Under the pieces are notes generated by a model. It was not told the origin of the DNA, ran no database searches, and worked only from the letters and a program-made list of their open reading frames with translations. The position numbers were made by a program, and so were the translations under genes. A stretch of 59,943 bases of DNA, the filler included. It is 4 parts of 4 records of this genome, joined end to end, with 100 filler letters (N's around TTAATTAATTAA, not from the genome) between each part and the next. Parts side by side here need not be neighbours in the genome. Positions count along the whole stretch, not along the records: positions 35,421 to 52,737 come from DRR723986_5006; 3 more parts are not named here. One strand, given 5' to 3'. This document shows, piece by piece, positions 38,608 to 47,832 of the stretch. Positions within the stretch are counted from its first letter, which is position 1, and each line of letters starts with the position of its first letter.

Positions 38608-39819
38608 ATGGGTAAGACACTGGTTGTCGGTGCAGGGGGCGTTTCCCACGCCGCAGTGCACAAGATGGCGATGAACAGCGATATCTTTACCGATATCACG
38701 CTGGCAAGCCGCACCAAGTCGAAATGCGATGCCATTGCCGCGGCCGTTAAGGACCGTGTGGGCGTTGAGATCAAGACCGCCGCGTTGGACGCATACGATG
38801 TGGCCGCGACTGTCGCGCTGATCAAGGAAACCGGGGCCGAACTGTTGGTCAACCTGGCGCTTCCGTATCAGGATCTGGTGTTGATGGACGCCTGTCTTGA
38901 GGCTGGGTGCCATTATCTGGACACCGCGAATTACGAGCCCGAAGATGTGGCTAAGTTCGAATACCACTGGCAGTGGGCTTATCAGGACCGCTTCAAAGAG
39001 GCTGGCCTGACCGCGATCCTTGGTTCGGGTTTTGATCCGGGCGTGACGTCTGTGTTTGCCACATGGCTCAAGAAACACAAGCTGGACACCATCCGCCAGA
39101 TCGACATTCTGGATGCGAATGGCGGTTCTAACGATCAGGAATTTGCCACCAACTTCAATCCGGAAATCAACCTGCGCGAAGTGCTGGCCGAAGTGCGTCA
39201 CTGGGAAAACGGCGCATGGCATACCAGCCCGGCGATGACGACCAAGGTCGAATACGACTTTCCGGCTATTGGTCAGAAAAACATGTACCAGATGTATCAC
39301 GAGGAACTGGAGTCGCTGACGACCCACTTCCCCGAGATCGAGCGCGCCCGCTTTTGGATGACCTTTGGCGACGCCTACATCATGCACGCCAAGGTGCTGG
39401 AAAACGTTGGCATGACACGCATCGATCCGGTGATGCACGATGGTCAGAAAATCATCCCGATCCAATTCCTGAAAACTCTGCTGCCCGATCCCGGTGATCT
39501 GGGTAAGGAAACCAAAGGCAAGGCCTGTATCGGCGACATCGCCACGGGTCAGGCCAAGGATGGATCGGGTGAAAAGACCCTCTACATCTATAACATCTGC
39601 GACCACGAAGAGTGTTATGCCGAGGTCGGATCGCAAGCTGTGTCCTACACGACTGGTGTGCCTGCGATGATCGGTGCTGCGCAGCTGCTGAAAGGCAATT
39701 GGAAAGAACCCGGCGTCTGGAACATGGAACAGCTGGATCCCGACAACTTCATGGACATGCTGAATGAGCATGGCCTGCCGTGGCAAGTTCACGAGCTGGA
39801 CGGTCCGGTCGACTTCTAA
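38608..39819 (+). CDS. Saccharopine dehydrogenase-family carboxy-polyamine dehydrogenase (CASDH/CANSDH/CAPADH type)
   Basis: GAGGV, NLALPYQDL, YLDTANYE, GFDPG, FATNFNPEINLRE, SYTTGVP; adjacent to nspC. Confidence 0.92.
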   Translation: MGKTLVVGAGGVSHAAVHKMAMNSDIFTDITLASRTKSKCDAIAAAVKDRVGVEIKTAALDAYDVAATVALIKETGAELLVNLALPYQDLVLMDACLEAGCHYLDTANYEPEDVAKFEYHWQWAYQDRFKEAGLTAILGSGFDPGVTSVFATWLKKHKLDTIRQIDILDANGGSNDQEFATNFNPEINLREVLAEVRHWENGAWHTSPAMTTKVEYDFPAIGQKNMYQMYHEELESLTTHFPEIERARFWMTFGDAYIMHAKVLENVGMTRIDPVMHDGQKIIPIQFLKTLLPDPGDLGKETKGKACIGDIATGQAKDGSGEKTLYIYNICDHEECYAEVGSQAVSYTTGVPAMIGAAQLLKGNWKEPGVWNMEQLDPDNFMDMLNEHGLPWQVHELDGPVDF

Positions 39820-39916
39820 GGTCGCTGTAAAAAGAGGTGCTCGGTGGCCAAGGTCGCCGGGCATTCACATCCACGCGCAGTCGGGCGCTGCCCCTGCCTC
39901 ATTCGGAGGGTTCATC

Positions 39917-41086
39917 TTGTCCGAGATGATGACCACTCAGGCCGGTGATGCCGGCGCTTTCCTCAGCTTTGATCTGTCTCGTGTGCCGACCCCGTGTTTC
40001 GTGGTCGACGAAAAGGCGATTGAACGGAACCTGTCGATTCTCGGTGATGTTGCGGACCGGTCCGGGGCGCACGTCCTGAGCGCGCTCAAGGCGTTTTCGA
40101 TGTTCGCTTTGGCCCCGATGGTCCGTCAGCACCTTGGCGGCGTCTGTGCGAGCGGTATCTTTGAGGCCCGACTGGGGCGCGAAGAATACGGTGGCGAAGT
40201 GGCCACGTTTTGCGCAGGTTACAAAGACAGTGAGATTGATGAAATTATCGCGCTGTCCGATCATGTGATTTTCAACAGCCCCACCCAGAAAGACAGGTTT
40301 CTGGCCAAATGTCAGGCCGCTGGCAAGCAGGTTGGATTGCGGATCAACCCGGAACATTCCGAGGGGGAGATTCCCAAATATGATCCCTGTGCGCCTTGTT
40401 CCCGCTTGGGAACGCCTGTTTCTCAATTAACAGCTAAAGTCCTGAAGGGTGTCGATGGCTTGCATATGCACACGCTGTGTGAGCAGGGGTTCGAGCCTTT
40501 GGCGCGGACGTGGGCAGCGGTTGAGCCGCGCTTGGCGCCCTATATGGATCAGCTCAAGTGGTTGAATTTTGGCGGCGGTCATCACATCACCCGCGATGAT
40601 TATGATCGCGAGGCTTTGATAGCGTTCATCAAAGAGATCCGCGTCAAATACGACATCGACGTGTATCTTGAACCGGGTGAAGCCGTGGCATTGGATGCAG
40701 GAATTCTGATTGGTGAAATCCTCGACCTACCGCAAAACGGGATGGATCTTGCGATCACGGATATCTCTGCGACCTGTCATATGCCCGATGTGATCGAAGC
40801 CCCGTATCGTCCGGCTTTGATGAATGAGACCGACACGGGGCACACCTATCGTCTGGGCGGCCCGTCCTGTTTGGCGGGTGATGTGATTGGCGATTACACG
40901 TGGGCCGAGCCCTTGCAGGTCGGTGATCGCTTTGCCTTCCTCGATCAGGCGCATTATTCGATGGTGAAAACCAACACCTTCAACGGCGTCCCCCTGCCGA
41001 CCATCGCACTGTGGAACAGTGAAACAGATGCGCTGCAGATCGTGAAGCAGTTCGGGTATGATGACTTCAAAGAAAGACTCTCATGA
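39917..41086 (+). CDS. nspC: Carboxy(nor)spermidine decarboxylase family
   Basis: ALKAFS, GLRINPE, YDPCAPCSRLG, H.H.LCEQ, GGGHHITR, EPGEA, HMPD, YSMVK...FNG; TTG 39917 after GGAGG or ATG 39926. Confidence 0.94.
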   Translation: MSEMMTTQAGDAGAFLSFDLSRVPTPCFVVDEKAIERNLSILGDVADRSGAHVLSALKAFSMFALAPMVRQHLGGVCASGIFEARLGREEYGGEVATFCAGYKDSEIDEIIALSDHVIFNSPTQKDRFLAKCQAAGKQVGLRINPEHSEGEIPKYDPCAPCSRLGTPVSQLTAKVLKGVDGLHMHTLCEQGFEPLARTWAAVEPRLAPYMDQLKWLNFGGGHHITRDDYDREALIAFIKEIRVKYDIDVYLEPGEAVALDAGILIGEILDLPQNGMDLAITDISATCHMPDVIEAPYRPALMNETDTGHTYRLGGPSCLAGDVIGDYTWAEPLQVGDRFAFLDQAHYSMVKTNTFNGVPLPTIALWNSETDALQIVKQFGYDDFKERLS

Positions 41087-41931
41087 GCATTTTCCTCGAC
41101 AGTGAATTGAGCCCCTCCGAGCGCGATTCAAGTGCCCGTTTTCGCGTGATCCCGATGCCATTGGAACGCACGGTTTCCTATGGCTCTGGAACTGCCAAAG
41201 GCCCCGAAGCAATCATCGAGGCGTCGAATGAGCTGGAACGCTTGTGTCAGGGCATAGAACCCTGCGCGCAGGGCATCGTGACAGAACCAGCTGTGGACTG
41301 CACTGGCGACATGCCGGATGTGATGGAGCGTTTGGCGGCGCGCACCGAGGCGGCAGTAAAGGCTGGCAAGGTTCCGGTGACGCTCGGCGGGGAACATTCG
41401 CTGAGCTATGGTGCTGTTATGGGCGTAGCGCGGGCTTTGGGTAAACCGGTTGGAATTGTTCAGATTGACGCGCACGCAGATTTGCGGGTGGCTTATCAAG
41501 GCAACAGGCACTCACATGCGTCTGTCATGCATTTGCTGACAGAAGAAGGCGTAAAGCTGGCGCAATTCGGTGTGCGTGCACTTTGTACAAAAGAGGTCGA
41601 AAATCGTACAAAGCATGATGTCTTCTTTAAAGATGCCGAAGATTTGGTAACGGCAAACATTCACGCCGTCGATCTGCCAGAGGATTTCCCTGAACTGGTT
41701 TATGTCAGTTTTGATGTGGATGGGTTGGACCCGTCTCAAATGCCCGCAACTGGCACGCCAGTACCGGGCGGTCTGGGATACTACCAAGCGCTGCATCTTG
41801 TTGAACATGCCCTGAAGGGGCGGACCTGCGTTGGTTTTGATGTTGTGGAGTTGGCACCTGATGGCAATGCCGCTTGGGATTTCACGGCGGCGCAGATCGT
41901 TTATCGGCTGATGGCGGCAGCGGCCGCATAG
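41083..41931 (+). CDS. speB: Agmatinase-family ureohydrolase
   Basis: GGEHS, DAHADL, SHAS, DVDGLDPS..PATGTP..GG, DVVE. Confidence 0.9.
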   Translation: MSIFLDSELSPSERDSSARFRVIPMPLERTVSYGSGTAKGPEAIIEASNELERLCQGIEPCAQGIVTEPAVDCTGDMPDVMERLAARTEAAVKAGKVPVTLGGEHSLSYGAVMGVARALGKPVGIVQIDAHADLRVAYQGNRHSHASVMHLLTEEGVKLAQFGVRALCTKEVENRTKHDVFFKDAEDLVTANIHAVDLPEDFPELVYVSFDVDGLDPSQMPATGTPVPGGLGYYQALHLVEHALKGRTCVGFDVVELAPDGNAAWDFTAAQIVYRLMAAAAA

Positions 41932-41935
41932 AATA

Positions 41936-41975
41936 GACAAAGGCGCCCCCAGTTGGATGCGCCTTTGTCGTTTTT
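41936..41975 (+). terminator. Intrinsic terminator after the polyamine operon
   Basis: GACAAAGGCGC...GCGCCTTTGTC followed by GTTTTT. Confidence 0.85.
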
Positions 41976-42597
41976 AATCCGCGTCAGACAACCCAGATCC
42001 GGCCCCGAGCAGTCGGGACTCTTCGGTTGCCGGCGCATAGGTTCGCCCAGTCAACTGAATGAGGGTGGACCAATCCTGATCACTCGGTTCTGCGCGCGTG
42101 TGGGTCACAGACACAGGGACGGCTTGATCCGTCGTGTGGACAGTTACGGCGCTTGCTACAGGTGTACCGTTCAAAGACAGGGATAGATTTCCCCCATCGG
42201 TCACAGCAGATCCACCGTCCCATTCAACCCTGATCGACTGTCCGTTTAGGCGCGCGGCAAAGGGGACCAAAAACAGGGGCGACAAAACCGAACCTAGATT
42301 CAAGCCAGATTGAGAGATCTGGGCAGAATGATCTGACAGGGAAGCCCCGGCGATCAATGGGCACAGTTGCCCGGATGCCGCCGTCCATTCATTGCCCAAC
42401 GCGGTTGGGCTCATTTTTGAAAGGTCCTGACCGTCGGTCGCGGACAAGAGATCAGCAAGTATCCCACACCCATCCAGACCTTGAGCGCAGAGCCAGCGTG
42501 TCGCTTTGCCAGCCTCTTCGGCCAGGCCCCAGCTATAGCCAGCACCGCGCGCGGCTTTCTTTGCGGTAACTTCAACTTCGTTCAGGGACAGGTTCAT
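41974..42597 (-). CDS. DUF3726-like protein
   Basis: SLNEV....KKAARGAG.SWGLAEEAG and YAPATEESRL.GAG.GL.D.D blocks. Confidence 0.8.
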   Translation of the reverse strand: MNLSLNEVEVTAKKAARGAGYSWGLAEEAGKATRWLCAQGLDGCGILADLLSATDGQDLSKMSPTALGNEWTAASGQLCPLIAGASLSDHSAQISQSGLNLGSVLSPLFLVPFAARLNGQSIRVEWDGGSAVTDGGNLSLSLNGTPVASAVTVHTTDQAVPVSVTHTRAEPSDQDWSTLIQLTGRTYAPATEESRLLGAGSGLSDAD

Positions 42598-44282
42598 GAC
42601 GGCACCTCTGGATAGACCCACAGGTCTGCGTTGCCTTGGTTCAGATCTTCGGGATAGGGCGCACCGGCATACATGCTTATCCGCACCCAACGATCTGATC
42701 GTGGATCAAAATGCGTTGCGCCAAAGAAGGCAAGTTTGGCACGCAACATGTCGATCGGTAACACTGTCGCGCTGATCGTGTTGTCGTGGATTTCGCTATA
42801 GGGCGCCATCGCGTTGATTTGAGCGCGCCGGATTGTGTGACGATGTTCTGGGTGACGTAGAAGGAATTCTGCAACGGGTTGTCCTGCGTCCCAATCCATC
42901 ATCGCCGCATGGGCAAGGGAAGCATCGCGGGCCGGGGCAAGGGGTTGTTCGTACTCGGCGATTGGTTCATCAAATCGCTCGCCTAGCCGGGGTTCCAACT
43001 TTTCTTCGGATACATACCAAGCGCGCGCGATGTTTTCGCGCGACCCCCAATCAATCCCCAAAGCCCAACCAAAGCTGCTTTCGATCTGGTCGCGGGTTTG
43101 CGCAATCGTTTGGCGACCATCAATGACGAAGGCATCAGAGGCGTTGTCACACATGTCTTGTGTCAGGGCATCCACCAAATCGCCGTATGGTTCCAGCATC
43201 AGTGAGGCGAGCAGCTCTTGCGCATCCTCTGACAGTGTCTCAGCTGCCCACCTGTGCAAGCGATCCCAAGGGTGATCGTTGAGCAGATCATCCCCGGCAA
43301 CAAAGCCACTGATTGTTTGCAAATCCTTGCGCAAAACCGACAGTTTTTCGATCTGGATTTCATGGGCAGAGTGCCAATTGTGGATCGAGGCCTCACTGCG
43401 GCGCAACAGGTTGCGAAAAGTGGTGGCTGCGTCGAGCGTGGCGGTTTCAACATTGCGAACGCGGGCGATGGCTTTTTCGCGGGCCATGATCCAGTTGTTG
43501 AACAGGACGGGATGATTGACGATGAAGGGGGCCATGCCCAAACCCGTCGAATTTCCAATCCCGAAATCGCGCGCCAAAGCAGGGTCCAATAGAACCGCAG
43601 TATCGCCACCTTTCGCCTGCGCCATGTGCTGCACCAGATCGCGTACAAAGGCGCGCGTGAGAAACACAGACAGCATTTCAGCCTGAAACGGGGCGTTCAT
43701 TTCGGGGCGATCCGCCAGCTTTTCACGATCTGCTGCTCCGAACTTGCCAGAGCCGTAAACAGCCGTGGTGCGCATCAGATACCCAACCTGCGCAATCTGA
43801 TCTGCATCTGGCTGGTGACCTGCGGCTAGTGAATCCACCACATGGGCCCAGAGCCGGCCTGAACGGTTTGCCCGTGACAGGGACAGTTCTTTTTCACTGA
43901 CCCGGCCTGCTTCTTGCAGGGGAACGTTTTGGGACAGGCGATCCACATCTTCGGTGGTGGGAACCCCATCAAACAATGCAAATGTCGCATCCCATGCTTC
44001 GGCAATGACACGATCGGAGCGCAATTCAGCTGGCAAATCATGTGCAAAGGCCACCAACGAATAGGTGCGATCGGGCCCCTTTGCACTGTAAACGGCCCGC
44101 CCGACGCCTGCGTCGTTAATGTCAAACACTGGGCGGGAAAATTCCCATCCCTCGCGCGCCATGCGACGCGTGAGGTTTCGCATAAAGCTGAGGCGGCATT
44201 GGTGCAGCGATCCTAGCCGCGACAGGCGCATCACCTGCGCAGGGTCGCGTCGTTCAATCGTGGTTGTTGGTGCGTCCAGCAT
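42594..44282 (-). CDS. Large hypothetical protein (562 aa)
   Basis: Long ORF coupled to both neighbours; motif-like blocks RSDRVIA.AWD, GYLMRTTAVYGSGKFG, GIGNSTGLGMAPF, WYVSEEKLEPRLG. Confidence 0.85.
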   Translation of the reverse strand: MLDAPTTTIERRDPAQVMRLSRLGSLHQCRLSFMRNLTRRMAREGWEFSRPVFDINDAGVGRAVYSAKGPDRTYSLVAFAHDLPAELRSDRVIAEAWDATFALFDGVPTTEDVDRLSQNVPLQEAGRVSEKELSLSRANRSGRLWAHVVDSLAAGHQPDADQIAQVGYLMRTTAVYGSGKFGAADREKLADRPEMNAPFQAEMLSVFLTRAFVRDLVQHMAQAKGGDTAVLLDPALARDFGIGNSTGLGMAPFIVNHPVLFNNWIMAREKAIARVRNVETATLDAATTFRNLLRRSEASIHNWHSAHEIQIEKLSVLRKDLQTISGFVAGDDLLNDHPWDRLHRWAAETLSEDAQELLASLMLEPYGDLVDALTQDMCDNASDAFVIDGRQTIAQTRDQIESSFGWALGIDWGSRENIARAWYVSEEKLEPRLGERFDEPIAEYEQPLAPARDASLAHAAMMDWDAGQPVAEFLLRHPEHRHTIRRAQINAMAPYSEIHDNTISATVLPIDMLRAKLAFFGATHFDPRSDRWVRISMYAGAPYPEDLNQGNADLWVYPEVPS

Positions 44283-44287
44283 GGCGG

Positions 44288-45271
44288 TTATCCCTGCGGT
44301 GTGAAGTTCTCGGCATAGAACCGATACCAGTTTCCTCCCATGATCCCAGTGACTTCTTCCGGGGTCATACCAATTGCTTTGAGGCCATCCTCAAGGTTGC
44401 CAAAGTGGCGGTTGTCTTCGTACCAGCTGGGCATGGGGGGAAAACCGGGCGCGGCGGCTGAGCCTTCGCCATAGTCGATTTCCTTGCTCCAGCGGCCAAC
44501 ACGCATCCATTCGACAACGCTGTCGGGTTGATCTTGGCACAGATCCGAGCCGATCCCCAAATGTTCAGTGCCATAAAGATCTGCCGCCTGTGCGATCATC
44601 TGGCAAAAGCTTTCCAATGTGCACTCCGATTTCCCCTTTAGGTGATGAGGGTAGAGCGAAAAGCCCAACATGCCACCACGTTCGGTCACAGCGCGGACAA
44701 CGTCGTCTTTTTTGTTGCGCAAAGCAGGCGCCCAAGAATGCAGGTTGGCATGGGTAATGGCGATAGGGCGTTCGGAAATTTCAGCAGCTTCGATGGTCGA
44801 GCGATCTGCCGAATGGCTCATGTCGACCACCAGACCCACGCGGTTCATCTCTTTGATGACCTGTTTGCCCATCCGGGTGATGCCGGGGTCTTCGGACTCG
44901 TAACAGCCGGTCGCCAGCAGGGACTGGTTGTTATAGGTCAGCTGCATGAACCGTGCGCCAAGGGTGTGCACGATTTCCACCAGACCGATGTCGTCTTCGA
45001 TCGGGCTGGGGTTCTGGAACCCGAAAAAGATCGCGGTGCGTCCGGTTTCGCGCGCCTTGTCGATATCGCTGGCCCACTGACCTTTCATGATCAGGTCGGG
45101 GTATTGTTCAAACCAGCGGTTCCACTGTTCAAAGTTCAGAACCGTTTCACGGAAGTTTTCGTGATAGGAAATGGTGACATGGACTGCGTCCAGTCCGCCT
45201 TCGCGCATCTGGCGAAAGATCTTTTCGGACCAGTTGGCATATTGCAGGTTGTCGATGCGAAAATTGGTCAT
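44288..45271 (-). CDS. Membrane/renal dipeptidase (M19)-like amidohydrolase
   Basis: QLTYNNQ, EMNRVGLVVDMSH, ITHAN, RNK.D, GIGSD, GIMGGNW. Confidence 0.9.
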   Translation of the reverse strand: MTNFRIDNLQYANWSEKIFRQMREGGLDAVHVTISYHENFRETVLNFEQWNRWFEQYPDLIMKGQWASDIDKARETGRTAIFFGFQNPSPIEDDIGLVEIVHTLGARFMQLTYNNQSLLATGCYESEDPGITRMGKQVIKEMNRVGLVVDMSHSADRSTIEAAEISERPIAITHANLHSWAPALRNKKDDVVRAVTERGGMLGFSLYPHHLKGKSECTLESFCQMIAQAADLYGTEHLGIGSDLCQDQPDSVVEWMRVGRWSKEIDYGEGSAAAPGFPPMPSWYEDNRHFGNLEDGLKAIGMTPEEVTGIMGGNWYRFYAENFTPQG

Positions 45272-45394
45272 GGAAGTCCCCTGTAAATTTGACAGCCCGT
45301 CTGACCCTGAACAGGGATCAGAGCGCCCTCTGGTGGGGAGGGTCGGGCGCTGTACCCGGCCAATGGCCGGATACATTCGTTTGTCTGAACGGTC

Positions 45395-46846
45395 TTAGAC
45401 CGGAGTGCCTGCGCTGATGTAGGCGGTTTTGACGGTTGTGTAGAACTCAGCCGCGTTTTTGCCCTGTTCGCGTGGACCGTACGAGCTGTCGCCGCGGCCA
45501 CCAAATGGCACGTGATAGTCTGTGCCAGCGGTTGGCAGGTTTACGGTCACAACACCAGTGCGTGCATTGCGGCGGAAGTGCGTGGCGCGGGCCAGTGACT
45601 GGGTCACGATGCCCGAGGTCAGGCCAAAGTTGGTGTCGTTGACGGTGGCGAGTGCCTCGTCATAGCTGCCGACTTTGATGACACTGGTCAGGGGCGCGAA
45701 CATTTCTTCGCGGTTGATGCGCATATCATTGTTGGTGTTCAGGAATACGCCGGGGGACATGTAGAAACCGTCGTGTGGCATGTCCAAACGCGCACCCCCA
45801 CAGGCCAGTTCGGCGCCTTCGGATTTGCCCAGGTCAACGTAGGCGAGGTTTTCGCTCAGCTGTTGTTGGCTGACGACTGGGCCCATTTGAATGCCGGCTT
45901 CCAACGCGTGGCCAACCTTCATCGCCTGTGTGCCTGCAACCAGTTTCTCGACAAAGGCGTCGTGAATATTGGCGTGTACGATCAAACGCGACGAGGCGGT
46001 ACATTTCTGACCGGAGCCACCAAACGCGCCACCCAGAGCCAGTGAAACCGCCAGATCCAGATCGGCGTCATCCATGACGGCCAATGCGTTTTTCGAACCC
46101 ATTTCCATCTGCACTTTGGTCAGGTTCTGGATCGCGGCGGATGCGATGCCTTTGCCGACCGGAACCGAGCCGGTGAACGAGATGGCGTTGATCTTGGGGC
46201 TTTCGACCAGATGCTGACCGATTGAACCGCCCGAGCCCATGACGAGGCTGAACAGACCTTTGGGGATGTCCTGACGGTTGATGATTTCTGCCAGTGCCAC
46301 AGCCGATGCGGGTGTCACGTTTGCGGGCTTCCACACAACGGCGTTGCCGTAGCACAGCGCGGGGGCGATTTTCCAGGACGCGGTTGCGGTTGGGAAATTC
46401 CACGGGCTGATGATGGCAACGGTGCCGATGGGTTCACGGCGCACGTCGATTTCAACGCCATCGCGGACGGAATCGGCGTTTTCGCCCAGTTGGCGCAGGC
46501 ATTCAGCGGCGTAGTAGGTAAAGAACTGACCGGCGCGGAACACTTCGCCTTTGCCTTCGGCTAGTGGTTTGCCTTCTTCGCGGCTGAGCAGGGTGCCCAG
46601 CTCTTCGGCGCGCTGCATCATTTCGTTGCCGATGGCGTTCAGCACGGCCTGTTTACGCTCGAGGCCATAGGCGGCCCATTCTGCCTGCGCAACGCGGGCT
46701 TGATCCAGAGTTGCCTCCAGCTGATCGGCGCTGGCTTGGGCAAAGGTGCCAACCAGATCGCTCAGATCCGAAGGGTTCCGGTTTTCGATTTCGCTTTCGC
46801 CAGAGATCCATTCGCCAGCGATGAGGTTCAGTTTCAGATCAGACAT
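45395..46846 (-). CDS. Aldehyde dehydrogenase (semialdehyde dehydrogenase-like)
   Basis: ISPWNFP, FTGS..VG, EMGSKN, GQKCTASSR catalytic Cys, EEMFAP, PFGG. Confidence 0.94.
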   Translation of the reverse strand: MSDLKLNLIAGEWISGESEIENRNPSDLSDLVGTFAQASADQLEATLDQARVAQAEWAAYGLERKQAVLNAIGNEMMQRAEELGTLLSREEGKPLAEGKGEVFRAGQFFTYYAAECLRQLGENADSVRDGVEIDVRREPIGTVAIISPWNFPTATASWKIAPALCYGNAVVWKPANVTPASAVALAEIINRQDIPKGLFSLVMGSGGSIGQHLVESPKINAISFTGSVPVGKGIASAAIQNLTKVQMEMGSKNALAVMDDADLDLAVSLALGGAFGGSGQKCTASSRLIVHANIHDAFVEKLVAGTQAMKVGHALEAGIQMGPVVSQQQLSENLAYVDLGKSEGAELACGGARLDMPHDGFYMSPGVFLNTNNDMRINREEMFAPLTSVIKVGSYDEALATVNDTNFGLTSGIVTQSLARATHFRRNARTGVVTVNLPTAGTDYHVPFGGRGDSSYGPREQGKNAAEFYTTVKTAYISAGTPV

Positions 46847-46907
46847 AACAATTTCCAATGAGGTTGGCTTGGATGCAGGATGGACTTTGAATGTAGTATC
46901 AGTCAAA

Positions 46908-46942
46908 TTCAAATAATTGAAGAAAATTTCAGGAATATTGAA
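46908..46942. promoter_or_regulatory. Putative LysR-type binding boxes in the divergent promoter
   Basis: TTCA-N6-TGAA (46908-46921) and TTCA-N7-TGAA (46928-46942; contains T-N11-A). Confidence 0.6.
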
Positions 46943-46944
46943 GT

Positions 46945-47832
46945 ATGGCGATCAAGATCGAAATGTTGCGATGTTTCAGTATCGTGGCCCAAACCGGGAC
47001 ATTGGCAGAGGCTGCACAAAGGTTGGGCCGCACCCAATCTGCGGTGTCGATGACGCTGAAACAGCTAGAGGATCATCTGGGCAACCGGCTGTTTGAAAGT
47101 GACCGCAAAAACCGGCTGACGCGGCTGGGGGAGCAGGTATTCGAGCTGGCCCAAACCGAACTGCGTCAATTCGATGAAACCGTGAGGGCCATTGAAACCT
47201 CTGCAAAGGCGCCACAGGGGGTCATTCGCATTGTGTCGGTGCCCTCGGTCGCCAGCTTGGTGTTTCCCGTCATTGTCAGAGAGTTTACGCGTCGCCATCC
47301 CGGTATTGATATCGAATTGCGCGATACAGATTCCCAACAGGTGGTGGATGCCCTGACCGGGGGGTATGCGGATATCGGCATTGCCTCACCCAAACACGTG
47401 TTGAACGGTGTTCAGGCTCAGCCGCTGTTGTCAGATCCGTTTGGATTGATTTGTTCTGTCGATCACCCTTTGGCCCAGCAGGTGGAAGAACCGACAATGG
47501 ATCAGGTTCTATCGGCGGGTTTTGTGCGGAACGACCTGTGCCTGTCGATTGGATCGGAAAAGTTTCAAACCGCAAGCGCACAAGCCAAGCTGTCGGCGCG
47601 CAATACGCTGTCGCTGATTTCAATGATCCGGTCCGGGAACTGGGTGACCATCCTGCCGCAAACGGTCGCCCGCATCGCCCCGTCGGATCTGGTGTTTCGC
47701 CCCTTGGCAGATCTACCGGATCATCGCCATGTCAGCCTGTTGTTGCGAGAAAAAACACCGTTTTTTGCCCAAGCCCGAGACATGTGCGAGGTCATTCTGG
47801 ACACGGACTGGAGCCTGATCGGAACCAACTGA
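46945..47832 (+). CDS. LysR-family transcriptional regulator
   Basis: HTH AAQRLGRTQSAVSM.LKQLE..LG..LF; 295 aa; divergent from ALDH. Confidence 0.95.
   Translation: MAIKIEMLRCFSIVAQTGTLAEAAQRLGRTQSAVSMTLKQLEDHLGNRLFESDRKNRLTRLGEQVFELAQTELRQFDETVRAIETSAKAPQGVIRIVSVPSVASLVFPVIVREFTRRHPGIDIELRDTDSQQVVDALTGGYADIGIASPKHVLNGVQAQPLLSDPFGLICSVDHPLAQQVEEPTMDQVLSAGFVRNDLCLSIGSEKFQTASAQAKLSARNTLSLISMIRSGNWVTILPQTVARIAPSDLVFRPLADLPDHRHVSLLLREKTPFFAQARDMCEVILDTDWSLIGTN

Noticed and set aside
45272-45394. Hairpins between ALDH and dipeptidase genes
   Set aside because: TGTACCCGGCCA-a-TGGCCGGATACA stem is real but has no U-tail or second copy; most likely an ordinary intercistronic stabiliser
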